From an uncultured virus (IMG/VR IMGVR_UViG_3300032069_000862) (lineage: Duplodnaviria > Heunggongvirae > Uroviricota > Caudoviricetes), in IMG/VR virus record IMGVR_UViG_3300032069_000862: a stretch of 24,046 nucleotides of DNA; one strand, 5' to 3'. The translations under genes were made by a program, and so were the position numbers. This document shows, in pieces, positions 1 to 9,900 of the stretch (positions are counted from its first letter, which is position 1; each line of letters opens with the position of its first letter). Under the pieces are notes generated by a model. That model worked only from the letters and a program-made list of their open reading frames with translations. It had not been told where the DNA came from and did not search any database.

Positions 1-440
1 TTTGCATCCTTATTATATTCGGCTTCACAAACTAGAAATTGTCCACTTATGAATACTTTTTTAATGGTTTCTAAAAATGATTTCATGTTCTTAGGTTTTA
101 ATCCGACTCCACGAATTGAATACCAACGTTCACGTTCAGTTGACCATTCAAACTTAATTTTTGCAAGAGTTTCTTCAGTCAACGGCACAAGAGTATCTTC
201 CTTCTTTTCTAATGTTGATACTGATTTAAGAATTTGTTCTAGACAAGGTTGACATATTAAAGTCATATCTTCCAACATGAATTTTGCTGGTTGTCTGCAA
301 GATTTACAAACTGCATCTTTAATAAATTCAGGAACAGGTAAAACTTTCACTTTAATAGACTTCTCTGGAACATAAGTATAATTCAAAGTTTTAGATAACT
401 TTTCTTCCTGTCCAGCCTTCAGTCTAATGAATATCTGCAC
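1..440 (-). CDS. Hypothetical protein with CxxC...CxxC zinc finger (partial, runs off left edge; not in ORF track)
   Basis: Translated by hand: GTG at 440 preceded by GGTGA (449-445) right after the GNAT stop; open for 146 codons to the edge (MQIFIRLKAGQEEK...AVCKSCRQPAKFMLEDMTLICQPCLEQ...). Confidence 0.75.
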   Translation of the reverse strand, partial: MQIFIRLKAGQEEKLSKTLNYTYVPEKSIKVKVLPVPEFIKDAVCKSCRQPAKFMLEDMTLICQPCLEQILKSVSTLEKKEDTLVPLTEETLAKIKFEWSTERERWYSIRGVGLKPKNMKSFLETIKKVFISGQFLVCEAEYNKDA

Positions 441-449
441 CTTTTCACC

Positions 450-851
450 TTAGATATAAACTGTAGCCTTTTTTTTCCCCTTCGGAATCCAAATCATGTC
501 AGCGTCATCTATTTGTTTTTCTTCAGGTTTCTCAGGATTCAGATTTTTAATGAAAATTTCACATGCACCAGTCCATTTCTTTATTCGACAAAAACCAAGT
601 TTTTCATAAAATGGAACGACATCTTCAAGGGAATAAAGATAAATTGGCTTTTTCTTTTCTTGAGCATATCGCATTACAACTTTCAACATAATTCGTCCAT
701 AACCCCGCATTTGAAATTTTTCGTCAACGTTCACATCTGTAATGGTTATCTGGGTTCTATCTTCCATGAATAACGTTTCGCCTATTTGTTTTCCATCTCG
801 TGTTAGACGGCACGTTCCATCTTTTGAATCGAACCTAACTATTAACTTCAT
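450..851 (-). CDS. GNAT-family N-acetyltransferase
   Basis: Acetyl-CoA motif A (VNVDEKFQMRGYGRIML) and motif B (VVPFYEKLGF). Start moved from 863 to ATG 851, 34 nt from a BRE-TATA element. Confidence 0.85.
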   Translation of the reverse strand: MKLIVRFDSKDGTCRLTRDGKQIGETLFMEDRTQITITDVNVDEKFQMRGYGRIMLKVVMRYAQEKKKPIYLYSLEDVVPFYEKLGFCRIKKWTGACEIFIKNLNPEKPEEKQIDDADMIWIPKGKKKATVYI

Positions 852-884
852 ATCTAACCACAAGAAGAATCTAATGCGTCTAAA

Positions 885-900
885 TATATAAAGATTACGG
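885..900 (-). promoter_or_regulatory. Archaeal BRE-TATA promoter of the GNAT gene
   Basis: CCGTAATCTTTATATA on the minus strand, one base different from the lon promoter CCGTAATCTTTAAATA. Confidence 0.7.
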
Positions 901-912
901 CTAATTTTAACA

Positions 913-932
913 GTTTAATCAATTGATTAAAC
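913..932. promoter_or_regulatory. Perfect palindrome, copy 1 (putative operator)
   Basis: GTTTAATCAATTGATTAAAC is its own reverse complement (20 bp); the 16-bp core recurs at 3798, 21775 and 21817. Confidence 0.8.
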
Positions 933-934
933 AA

Positions 935-950
935 CCACAATATTTAAATA
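935..950 (+). promoter_or_regulatory. BRE-TATA promoter of polB
   Basis: CCACAATATTTAAATA ending 31 nt before ATG 981. Confidence 0.7.
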
Positions 951-980
951 TCGCCGTGTCCATTCTAAATTAGTGATTCG

Positions 981-3458
981 ATGTTATACGTCATAAGTAG
1001 CAACTACAATCCTAAGTTAAACGCAATCGTGCTGAGACTTTATAATGATAAGACTCAGCAAATTGAAGAATGGACAGATGTAGATTATAAGGCATATTTC
1101 TTGGCGAGTGCCAAACTTGACCAACCGATAAAAGGCGTGATAAATTCAGAAGATATTATTAAGTATGATGCTCTTCAACATAAACATGTGACAATGAACA
1201 AGACATACTTGGCATATCCGTCATATGTTAAACAGACTCATGGAATGCCACAAGTTTATGAAAATCACGTTAAATTTTTCCAAGGATATATCTATGACAA
1301 GAACATTATGATGGGAATGCCATACGAAAGGAAAGATGGTAAACTCGAATTCGTGGCGGATTCAGAGGCGGAAAAACGTGTTGAACAAGTTTTGAAATTA
1401 ATGAAAATTGATGAAAATGATAAAAGTTGTTTCGAGACTTGGGCAAGATTGCTTGAGTATTCTGCTCCCAATTTTAAGAGGGCGAGTTTGGATTTAGAAA
1501 TTATGAATGAAACTGAAAATAAAGTCCCAAATGCTGAAAGTGCCAATTTACCAATTTTATGTGCGTGTCTGGCTTCGAATACTGGGGAAAGGATTGCACT
1601 CATATTACTTCGAGAAAATAAAGTTTTAGATGTCTATCCAGACTCTTGCACTCAGACTATATTTTTCTCATCCGAGATTGAACTTATCAAAATGATTTTT
1701 CGTCTGTTCAGTGAATATCCATTTATAATAACTTTCAATGGTGACGATTTTGACCTGAAATATCTTGCTATGCGAGCATTACGACTTGGAATTCCAGAAG
1801 CAGAAATTCCAATTGAAGTGAGAGATAGAATTACTTTGTTAACTAAGGGAATTCATATCGATTTATATAAATTCTTCTATATCCGAGCAATGCAAATCTA
1901 CGCCTTTCAGCAAAAATATAAAACTATTGACTTGGATACCATTTCAAAAGCATTAATTAATAAAGGTAAAATTCAGACGGATAAATGGGTCAATGACCTA
2001 TCATATTCGGAACTGGTTAATTATTGTATGCGTGATGCCGAACTAACCCTAGAATTAACCACATTCAATGATAATCTAGTTATGAACTTGATGCTTGTTC
2101 TTAATCGAATAAGTAGAATGCCAATTGAAAATGTTTCAAGAAAATCCGTTTCAAGTTGGATTCTCAGTTTCTTAACATATGAACACCGAAAGAGAAACTT
2201 TTTAATTCCAAACGCCGATGAAATTAAGACCATGAAAAGCATAACTTCTTCCACAGCAGTAGTTAAGGGCAAAAAATATAAAGGTGCAATCGTCATTCCC
2301 CCAAAAACTGGAATACACTTCAATGTTAAAGTGGGAGATTTCGCTTCGCTTTACCCTTCAATTATTAAGGTTTATAATATTGGTTACTCGACGATTGATT
2401 GTCCACATTTGGACTGCAAATCCAACACTGTGGGCGAACTTCCGCACTGGATGTGTTTGAAGGAAAAATCTCTTGAAAGTATATTGATTGGTTCTCTTAG
2501 AGATTTGAGGGTGAATTGGTATAAAAAGAAAGCTAAAGATAAAGAACTTCCAAAATCGCTTCGGACATGGTATAGCGTGGCAGAACAGTCAATTAAAGTA
2601 ATTTTGAATGCAAGTTACGGAGTCCTCGGTAGCGAATCATTTGAAATGTATTGTCCACCAGCAGCAGAAGAAATCACTGCAATTGGAAGATATATCATTG
2701 GTCAGACAATTAAGCACGGTCAAGAACTGGGTTTGGAAATTCTTTATGGTGATACAGATAGCATATTTATTAAGAATCCACCTAAAGAAATATTAGACCA
2801 ATTAATTGGTTGGGCTAAAGAAAAATTTGACATTGAATTTGAACTCGACAAATCTTATCGCTATGTATGTCTGTCGGAAAGAAAGAAGAATTATCTCGGC
2901 GTTCTCGAAGATGGATTCGTAGATGTCAAAGGATTAACGGGCAAGAAAAAACACACTCCGCCAATTATTAAAAATGCCTTTGACGACACTAAACTAATAT
3001 TATCGCAAGTAAATTCTGAGCAAGACATGACTTTGGCTAAACGTAAAATAATTGATTTGCTTAAATCAACTTATAAAAGTTTAAAGGAAAGAAAATGGAA
3101 TAATTTGGTAGATTTAGCATTTAATATAACTATTTCAAAAGAGATAGAAGATTATGGTAAACAAAACGAGAAAGGCGAACGAAGTAGCAAAGGAATTCCA
3201 CAACATGTCAGAGCCGCTAAAATGTTGAAATCTGAGGATATTGGAATTGGTTCATCAATAAAATTTGTGAAGGTTAATCCAGAACTATGTAAAGGTGAAA
3301 ATGTGAAACCTCTCGAACTTGCTAAAACCGAAGAAGTCGATGTTGAAAAATACATTGAATATCTCCGCACCACGTTCGAGCAAATACTAGACTCACTTAA
3401 TTTGTCGTTCGAGAAAGATATTCTAGGCATAACTCGAATGGATTCATGGATGCATTAA
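981..3458 (+). CDS. polB: Family B DNA polymerase, archaeal PolB1-like, with proofreading exonuclease
   Basis: ExoI SLDLEI, ExoII TFNGDDFD, ExoIII YCMRDA; polymerase motifs DFASLYPSII, KVILNASYG, YGDTDS; KGLTGKKKHTP and the CPHLDC...HWMC segment resemble TACK PolB1; C-terminal PIP-like ITRMDSWM. Confidence 0.96.
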   Translation: MLYVISSNYNPKLNAIVLRLYNDKTQQIEEWTDVDYKAYFLASAKLDQPIKGVINSEDIIKYDALQHKHVTMNKTYLAYPSYVKQTHGMPQVYENHVKFFQGYIYDKNIMMGMPYERKDGKLEFVADSEAEKRVEQVLKLMKIDENDKSCFETWARLLEYSAPNFKRASLDLEIMNETENKVPNAESANLPILCACLASNTGERIALILLRENKVLDVYPDSCTQTIFFSSEIELIKMIFRLFSEYPFIITFNGDDFDLKYLAMRALRLGIPEAEIPIEVRDRITLLTKGIHIDLYKFFYIRAMQIYAFQQKYKTIDLDTISKALINKGKIQTDKWVNDLSYSELVNYCMRDAELTLELTTFNDNLVMNLMLVLNRISRMPIENVSRKSVSSWILSFLTYEHRKRNFLIPNADEIKTMKSITSSTAVVKGKKYKGAIVIPPKTGIHFNVKVGDFASLYPSIIKVYNIGYSTIDCPHLDCKSNTVGELPHWMCLKEKSLESILIGSLRDLRVNWYKKKAKDKELPKSLRTWYSVAEQSIKVILNASYGVLGSESFEMYCPPAAEEITAIGRYIIGQTIKHGQELGLEILYGDTDSIFIKNPPKEILDQLIGWAKEKFDIEFELDKSYRYVCLSERKKNYLGVLEDGFVDVKGLTGKKKHTPPIIKNAFDDTKLILSQVNSEQDMTLAKRKIIDLLKSTYKSLKERKWNNLVDLAFNITISKEIEDYGKQNEKGERSSKGIPQHVRAAKMLKSEDIGIGSSIKFVKVNPELCKGENVKPLELAKTEEVDVEKYIEYLRTTFEQILDSLNLSFEKDILGITRMDSWMH

Positions 3459-3471
3459 GTGTTAAGTTTCA

Positions 3472-3487
3472 CCATAAATTTTATATA
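3472..3487 (+). promoter_or_regulatory. BRE-TATA promoter of the small membrane protein
   Basis: CCATAAATTTTATATA ending 33 nt before ATG 3520. Confidence 0.6.
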
Positions 3488-3519
3488 TTAGTTTGCACCT
3501 ATTCATGTGCGTGGATGCT

Positions 3520-3780
3520 ATGGACAAGGAATTTGAGCAATTGATTGATGAATTCACGGATTGTCCCGAAGAATTGTTCAAATTAGCCAAATCGCCATTT
3601 GAAAAAGCCGTGGCTGTTGAATTCTTTGCTTTACATAAAAAATTAGATGAACAAACAATATCATCGAAAAAAGACATCAACTGGTTGAAATGGTTAATTG
3701 TTTCTGTTTTCGGCTTAACTGTTCTTGGCGTATTGTCACAATGGTATCCTATCATTATCAAAATTTTCACTGGTGCATAA
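3520..3780 (+). CDS. Small hypothetical protein with one C-terminal transmembrane helix
   Basis: MDKEFEQLIDEF...; charged helical N-terminus, hydrophobic WLIVSVFGLTVLGVLSQW. Start reassigned from 3493 on promoter spacing. Confidence 0.7.
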   Translation: MDKEFEQLIDEFTDCPEELFKLAKSPFEKAVAVEFFALHKKLDEQTISSKKDINWLKWLIVSVFGLTVLGVLSQWYPIIIKIFTGA

Positions 3781-3797
3781 ATCATTAACTTCAACGT

Positions 3798-3813
3798 TTA
3801 ATCAATTGATTAA
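3798..3813. promoter_or_regulatory. Perfect palindrome, copy 2 (putative operator)
   Basis: TTAATCAATTGATTAA followed after 8 nt by AATATTTAAATATCG, exactly as upstream of polB. Confidence 0.8.
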
Positions 3814-3817
3814 GTCG

Positions 3818-3833
3818 GGGTAATATTTAAATA
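3818..3833 (+). promoter_or_regulatory. TATA promoter of mcm
   Basis: GGGTAATATTTAAATA ending 35 nt before ATG 3868. Confidence 0.65.
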
Positions 3834-3867
3834 TCGGCATTCACATACTATTTCTAGGTCTAAATAG

Positions 3868-6852
3868 ATGAGTATGCAGGATTACTTTAAGGAATTCTTT
3901 GAGAAACAAGGTCGGAAATATATTAAGGAAATCGTTGCTCAGAAAAGGAATCACGTTGTTTTTGATTTTGATGAATTAATGAATTGGGATTCAACAGTTA
4001 CTAATATATTAATAGAATCTCCAGAAAGAGGAGCATTTGAAGAGTTTCGGCAAGCCATGATAGATGCGATAGCCATAGAAAGTTCTAATCAAATTGATGG
4101 AAATGATATTGAAATCGGATTTATAGATAATAAATCTGTTCCCCTAGTCAAATTACATAATATTGGGGCGAAACACGTTGGAAAAATAATCAAGGTTAGA
4201 GGATTAGTCAACAGATTATCATTTGTCAGACCAATGTATCTGAATGTTGTTTTTAAATGTCGTGAATGCGGTAAGACAACAAGTCCAATATTGCAAGAAA
4301 GTCCATTAGCATTAACGTTGCCGTCAAAAGGTTGTTGCAGTAAAAATAAACTTTTTGACCCAGTAGAATCTTTGAGTAGTGCAATAGATAGCCAAGAATT
4401 CGCCCTTCAAGAATTACATGAGGATGTTACTAGCCGAGTTCCCCAAAGAACACGAATGTTTATTAAATTGCAGTATCTTATAAATCGGGTTAATTGTGGA
4501 GATGAAGTCGAAGTTATTGGTTTGGTCAAATTAACTTCCATGTATAAACAACACGTTAAATCGAGATTTAATGAAATTTATCTGGAAGTTTTGGGAATTG
4601 ACAAAAAAAGCAAAGACCCAGAAACTCTTGAGATAACGCCCGAAGAAGAATTGGAAATTCAAGAACTGGCTAATAAACCAAATATTTATCAAATTTTAAT
4701 AGATAATGTTGCCCCATCAATTTTTGGTCATAGAGATTTGAAGGAAGCATGTTTATTAAGTCTTTTTGGTGGGGTTGATAGGCAACGGGAAATAAACATT
4801 AGAGGGAACATTCACGTTCTTTTCGTGGGCGACCCAAGCACAAGTAAGAGTCAATTGCTTAGAGCCACGGCTGAATTGTCGCCTCGTGGAATGTATAGTT
4901 GTTATGATGACCAAACAGAGATACTAACTGAAAACGGTTGGAAATATTTTAAAGATTTAGAGAAAGGAGAAAAAGTAGCAACGCTCGAAGGCAATAATCT
5001 TCTTTATGTTGTTCCATCGAGTTACATGGAATATGATTATAACGGTATAATGTTTCATCAAAGGAATCGTTTCATAGACTTATTGGTTACTCCAAATCAT
5101 AATTTATGGATAAAAACAGAATTTGGAAAACCAGAATTCAAATTCATATCAGCCGAAAAGTCGCCTCGTCACGTTATATATAAAAAAGGCGGTGTTAACT
5201 GGAATGGAACAGATATTGAGTGGTTCAATCTTCCGTCAATAGAAAACAAAAGATGGAATGGACGATGTTACTACAGAGAGATTGTTCCAATCAAATCTAT
5301 TTTAATGGATGATTGGCTTGCTTTTTTTGGTATATGGCTCGCTGAAGGCTGTGTGATTAAAAACGGCTATCGAGTCGTAATTACGCAAAAAAAGAAGGAG
5401 AATTTAAGTATTATTAAATCATGGATTGAAAAATGCGGATTCCATACTTGGTATCGTAATAGTCGTTATAGTTTTGAAATAAAGAATAAGCAATTGTGGA
5501 GTTATCTTAAACAGTTTGGCAAGGCAGGAGATAAGTTTATTCCAAAAGAAATAAAACAGTTAAATTCTCGTCAACTTAAAATATTGTTTGATAGTATGAT
5601 GTTAGGTGATGGATGCTATGGTGAAAGTGGGAGTAGTTATTCTTCGAAATCTAAAAGATTGATAGGAGACGTTCAAGAACTTTTATTGAAGGTTGGTCTA
5701 TCTGGACAAATATGGGGGGGAAGGGAAAGAAACACATATGGTTTAGCAATAAGTAAAAAAAGTGAAATAGAAGTAAATAGTTATAGAGATGATAGGTCAT
5801 ATGTAAATTATTCTGGTAAAGTATATTGTGTTACTGTTCCAAATCATTTGTTGTATGTTAGGCGTAATGGAAAACCTATTTGGTGTGGAAATAGTGGTCA
5901 GGGAGTAACTGCGGCTGGATTGACGGCGGCTATGAATAAGGATGATAGTGGCGAATGGATGATTGAGGCGGGCGTTTTGGTTTTGAGTGATAACGGAGTT
6001 GCATGTATAGATGAAATCGACAAAATGCGGAAGGAAGACCGTGTAAATATTCATGAAGCGATGGAACAGCAAATTGTTTCAATAAATAAGGCAGGAATCC
6101 ATGCCACATTGAAGGCTAGAACATCAGTTATAGCAGCAGCTAATCCATTAAGTGGAAAGTATGACCCATCAAAAACAGTTGTGGAAAATCTGTCAAGTTT
6201 TCCGCCAACGCTTTTCAGTAGATTTGATTTGATTTTCATAGTAATTGACAAACCAAATGAAGACCTCGATACAAAAGTTATTGAACATATTTGGGGCGAT
6301 GGAGAAGAAAAAGAAAAAGTTAAATTAGACCGTGAACTTTTCAAGAAATATATTGCATATGCCAAAAGAATCAAGCCAGAAGTTTCACCAGAAGCCAGAA
6401 AAATTTTAAATAATTATTTCTTATCTATCAGAAAACACATGCAAAATAATGGTGAAAGTGACACAATTCCAATTTATTTTAGACAGTTTGAAGCATTGAG
6501 GCGAGTTTGTGAAGCCCATGCTAGAATATTACTTAAACCGATAGCAGATGAATCTGATGCTGAAGCGACGAAAAAGATTTTTAATTCTTTTCTCGAAAGT
6601 GTAAGATTTGATATGGAAGTTATCGAGACAGGTAAATCGCCTAAAGATGCAGAGTTGCAAATTTTAGAAATAATTAGAGAACATCAAGGCAGCGACCATA
6701 CGATTGGAGTTACTCATGCTGAACTACTTGAAATAGTGAGAAGTCGGGGATTAACAGAAAAATCTTTTAATAAAGCCCTTTCAGAACTGTTAAATACTGG
6801 CAAAATTCACAGTCCAAGCGTGAATTGTTATAGAACGGTTGGATTAGCCTAA
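3868..6852 (+). CDS. mcm: MCM replicative helicase, intein-containing (about 663 aa after splicing)
   Basis: N-terminal OB fold/Zn finger (CRECG), Walker A GDPSTSKS, TAAGLTAA, Walker B CIDEIDK, HEAMEQQ, IAAANP, arginine finger SRFDL, probable C-terminal winged helix. Confidence 0.97.
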   Translation: MSMQDYFKEFFEKQGRKYIKEIVAQKRNHVVFDFDELMNWDSTVTNILIESPERGAFEEFRQAMIDAIAIESSNQIDGNDIEIGFIDNKSVPLVKLHNIGAKHVGKIIKVRGLVNRLSFVRPMYLNVVFKCRECGKTTSPILQESPLALTLPSKGCCSKNKLFDPVESLSSAIDSQEFALQELHEDVTSRVPQRTRMFIKLQYLINRVNCGDEVEVIGLVKLTSMYKQHVKSRFNEIYLEVLGIDKKSKDPETLEITPEEELEIQELANKPNIYQILIDNVAPSIFGHRDLKEACLLSLFGGVDRQREINIRGNIHVLFVGDPSTSKSQLLRATAELSPRGMYSCYDDQTEILTENGWKYFKDLEKGEKVATLEGNNLLYVVPSSYMEYDYNGIMFHQRNRFIDLLVTPNHNLWIKTEFGKPEFKFISAEKSPRHVIYKKGGVNWNGTDIEWFNLPSIENKRWNGRCYYREIVPIKSILMDDWLAFFGIWLAEGCVIKNGYRVVITQKKKENLSIIKSWIEKCGFHTWYRNSRYSFEIKNKQLWSYLKQFGKAGDKFIPKEIKQLNSRQLKILFDSMMLGDGCYGESGSSYSSKSKRLIGDVQELLLKVGLSGQIWGGRERNTYGLAISKKSEIEVNSYRDDRSYVNYSGKVYCVTVPNHLLYVRRNGKPIWCGNSGQGVTAAGLTAAMNKDDSGEWMIEAGVLVLSDNGVACIDEIDKMRKEDRVNIHEAMEQQIVSINKAGIHATLKARTSVIAAANPLSGKYDPSKTVVENLSSFPPTLFSRFDLIFIVIDKPNEDLDTKVIEHIWGDGEEKEKVKLDRELFKKYIAYAKRIKPEVSPEARKILNNYFLSIRKHMQNNGESDTIPIYFRQFEALRRVCEAHARILLKPIADESDAEATKKIFNSFLESVRFDMEVIETGKSPKDAELQILEIIREHQGSDHTIGVTHAELLEIVRSRGLTEKSFNKALSELLNTGKIHSPSVNCYRTVGLA
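4900..5892 (+). mobile_element. Intein with LAGLIDADG homing endonuclease in MCM (331 aa)
   Basis: Begins CYDDQTEILTENGWK, block B VTPNH, LAGLIDADG helices FFGIWLAEG and FDSMMLGDG, ends IWCGN before Ser; removal restores SPRGMYS-SGQGVTAAGLTAA. Confidence 0.95.
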
Positions 6853-6868
6853 CCGTAATCTTTAAATA
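6853..6868 (+). promoter_or_regulatory. BRE-TATA promoter of the lon-glycan operon
   Basis: CCGTAATCTTTAAATA directly after the mcm stop, ending 33 nt before ATG 6901. Confidence 0.7.
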
Positions 6869-6900
6869 TTGGTATGACTTTATTTTTATTCGGTGCACTT

Positions 6901-9900
6901 ATGCCAGATGACTATTTCGGCGAGAAAAATGAGAAATGGGATTGGAAAAACTTTAAAAACACACAGGGATTTCCCATTTCAGACCAATTAATTGAATGGA
7001 TTATTGGACAGGACCAAGCAATTCGAGAATGCCGTTTGTGCATTGACGAGTGGGTTCACAAACTTACATATTTAAAGAAGAAGAAATGGTGGAAAGCCTT
7101 TGAAGACCCAATGGGACTGAAGCCCCAACCTAAAGAATGGTTACCAGCAGGACCATTTTTGCTATTGTTAGGCGACGCTGGAACAGGCAAGTCATTGATT
7201 GGACGAGCCATGTCTTCATATATGACTGAAGTTTATAAAAAACATAAAATTAAACTTTATGATGTTTTATCTTGGAAAAATAAAGACTTACCATCAGAGC
7301 CAAAAATTAGTATCCATCAGGCAGGTAAAGGAAAAGAAATAATTTTTTCTCAAACTCATAAAATTGAGAGAAAATCATGGTTTCAGCGTTGGGGCATAAA
7401 ACTATTACGATTATTCATGGGGGGATTTGGATTAGTATTAATAGGTTTATCAATGTTTATTATATTAGCATCAGAAAATCCTTTGTGGACGCTCATTACA
7501 GTTTCACCTCTAGTAATTGGTGGGGGCTCATTATTGTTTTTTGCTGTGATGATAGGATGGTTTGGAAAATTAAGTGGCGGTGGTCCCGCACAAGGAATTG
7601 GCGGGGCAGAAAGGTCTGACGCTCCTAAATTATTGGTTGATAATTCATCTGGAAGAGTTCCTTATATTGATGCTTGTTTGCTACCAGAGACAATGGTTTG
7701 GACGAATCAAACACTTAGAAATAACTATCAAATTACAGATTCTATACTGAATAGAGAAGGTTATTCTCAGAAGATAATTAACATTGAAAAACGGCAATGG
7801 AAAGGAAAAATAGTAAGAATAAAGCCAAGACTCTTGCCAGAAATAGTCGTAACGGAAAATCATCCAATTCTCACTCAAAATCGTGGATGGATAATTGCAA
7901 AAGAATTACAACCTAATGATGTTCTCATAATTCAAATTCCAAAATCAGTAAATCGTGAAATACCAGAAGATTTAGCGTGGCTTTTCGGAATTTATCTTGC
8001 AGAGGGGTTTGTGAAGAAAGAAGGATATAATTGGAATCAAAAGAAACATGGAGAACATTGGGCAAGAGAACTTGGGTTTACATTAGGATTTCACGAAGAA
8101 GAATTGTCAACCCGAATAAAGACTATTTTTAAGAAATATTATAACTATAAATTAAAGGAAGATTATCATAACAGTCAAGAAATACAATTAAATTGTTATT
8201 CCGCAAATCTTAATAGATTTTTCAGAAACTCTTTTGGAGAATCAGCTACATCTAAACATATTCCAGCAGATGTATTTATGTGGAATGAAAAAGGAAAGAG
8301 AGCATTCTTACGAGGATATTGGGAAGGAGATAGAATAAACTCCAAACAAAATGGCTATGCTACTGCTTCCAAACAGTTATTCTACGACCTTATTGCTTTA
8401 CATCTTTCTCTTGGAGAAATACCTTCAACCTTTATTCATGTTTGCAAAGGTGGAATTATTAGAGGACGGAAAGTAATTCCATCACTCCAATATTCAATGG
8501 TCATTAATGGAAAAGAAAAAGCTCGAAATTATAAACAAAAAGGTTCACAATTATTACTTCCAGTTAGAAACGTAAGAATAGAGAATTATTCTGGCGAAAT
8601 AATTAATCTGGAAACCGAAGATGGAACAGTTCCATTACCATTTATAACTCATAATACAGGGCATGGAAGTGCTCAATTATTCGGAAGTATTGCGTGGGAC
8701 CCATATCAAACAGGCGGATTAGGCACTCCAGAACATCAAAGAGTTAGTGCTGGTGATGTGCATCGTGCTCATTTAGGAATATTATTTATAGATGAGATTA
8801 AAAATTTGACAGGTGCAGAAGCTATTACATTGTTGACAGTTCTTGAAGAGGGACAAATTCCAATTGCTCTTCGAAGTCTGTTTCATGGTGGCGATACTGC
8901 GGCTATGGCAGTCTCAACTGAACCTGTTCCAGCAATGGTATTCTTCATAGCTGCTGGAAACTTGGATTCATTGCCAAACATTCATCCAGCATTATTAGAC
9001 CGCATTCAAGGTTATGGTAAAACAGTCTATATGAATAATTATATGGATAATACTGTTGAAAACCGTCGAAAAGTTGTTCAGTTCATTGCTCAAGAGATTA
9101 AACGGTTCAATCTTTTACCATTCACCAGAGAATCTTGCATAGAAATTATTGAAGAATCTAGGAGAAAAAGTGGAAGAAAAGATAAATTGACAACCAAATT
9201 CAGACCGTTGATTTCCATAATTAAGACTGCGAGCACACTGGCAAGAGATAAAGATGAATCCGAGGTTGATGTTAAATATGTCCGTGAAGCCGTAGAAGTG
9301 CATTGCAAATCAATATATCAACAAATATTAGAGAGAATTGTCACTGAAAAGAATGTTTATCTGATAATTAATCCGAAATCTGAACCTAAAATCGGTCAAA
9401 TCTATGGTTTAGCAGTGACAAAAGACCCAAATGCAGATGAAATGATGGGCACAGTCCTACCAATCAGGGCTTCAATGGAAGAACCAAAAAAGAAACAAAA
9501 TGGATATTTCCATATAACTGGCGTTGATGTAAAAAATGAATCTTATATTCAACATTCAATATCTAAAGTTTCTCATGTAATTCAACAAATATGCGGATTC
9601 TCTCCACTTGATAAACGAACACATATAGATTTCGCTCAGTCACACGGTGTTGAAGGACCAAGTGCTGGCGTTGCAATGACTTTGGCATTATTGTCAATAA
9701 TAAATAAAAAGGAAATTAGACAAGATGTGGCGGTTACTGGAGAGATAAACGTGGGTGTTGACGGTCAAATTATGATTACTCCCATTGGCGGAACACATGA
9801 AAAAATCATGGCGGCTCAAAGATGGGGCTTCTCAAAAGTCCTTATACCTCTGAAAAACTATGAAAATGATATAATACCAAGCGAATATAAAATAAAAGTT

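Noticed and set aside
49..773. Plus-strand ORFs 49-252 and 513-773
   Set aside because: Antisense shadows of the minus-strand Zn-finger and GNAT genes.
3462..3794. Minus-strand 110-aa ORF
   Set aside because: Overlaps the plus-strand ORF that has a correctly spaced promoter and a clear TM helix.
4878..5169. GTCGCCTCGT present both upstream of and inside the MCM intein
   Set aside because: A single 10-bp match is compatible with chance, and inteins do not create target duplications.
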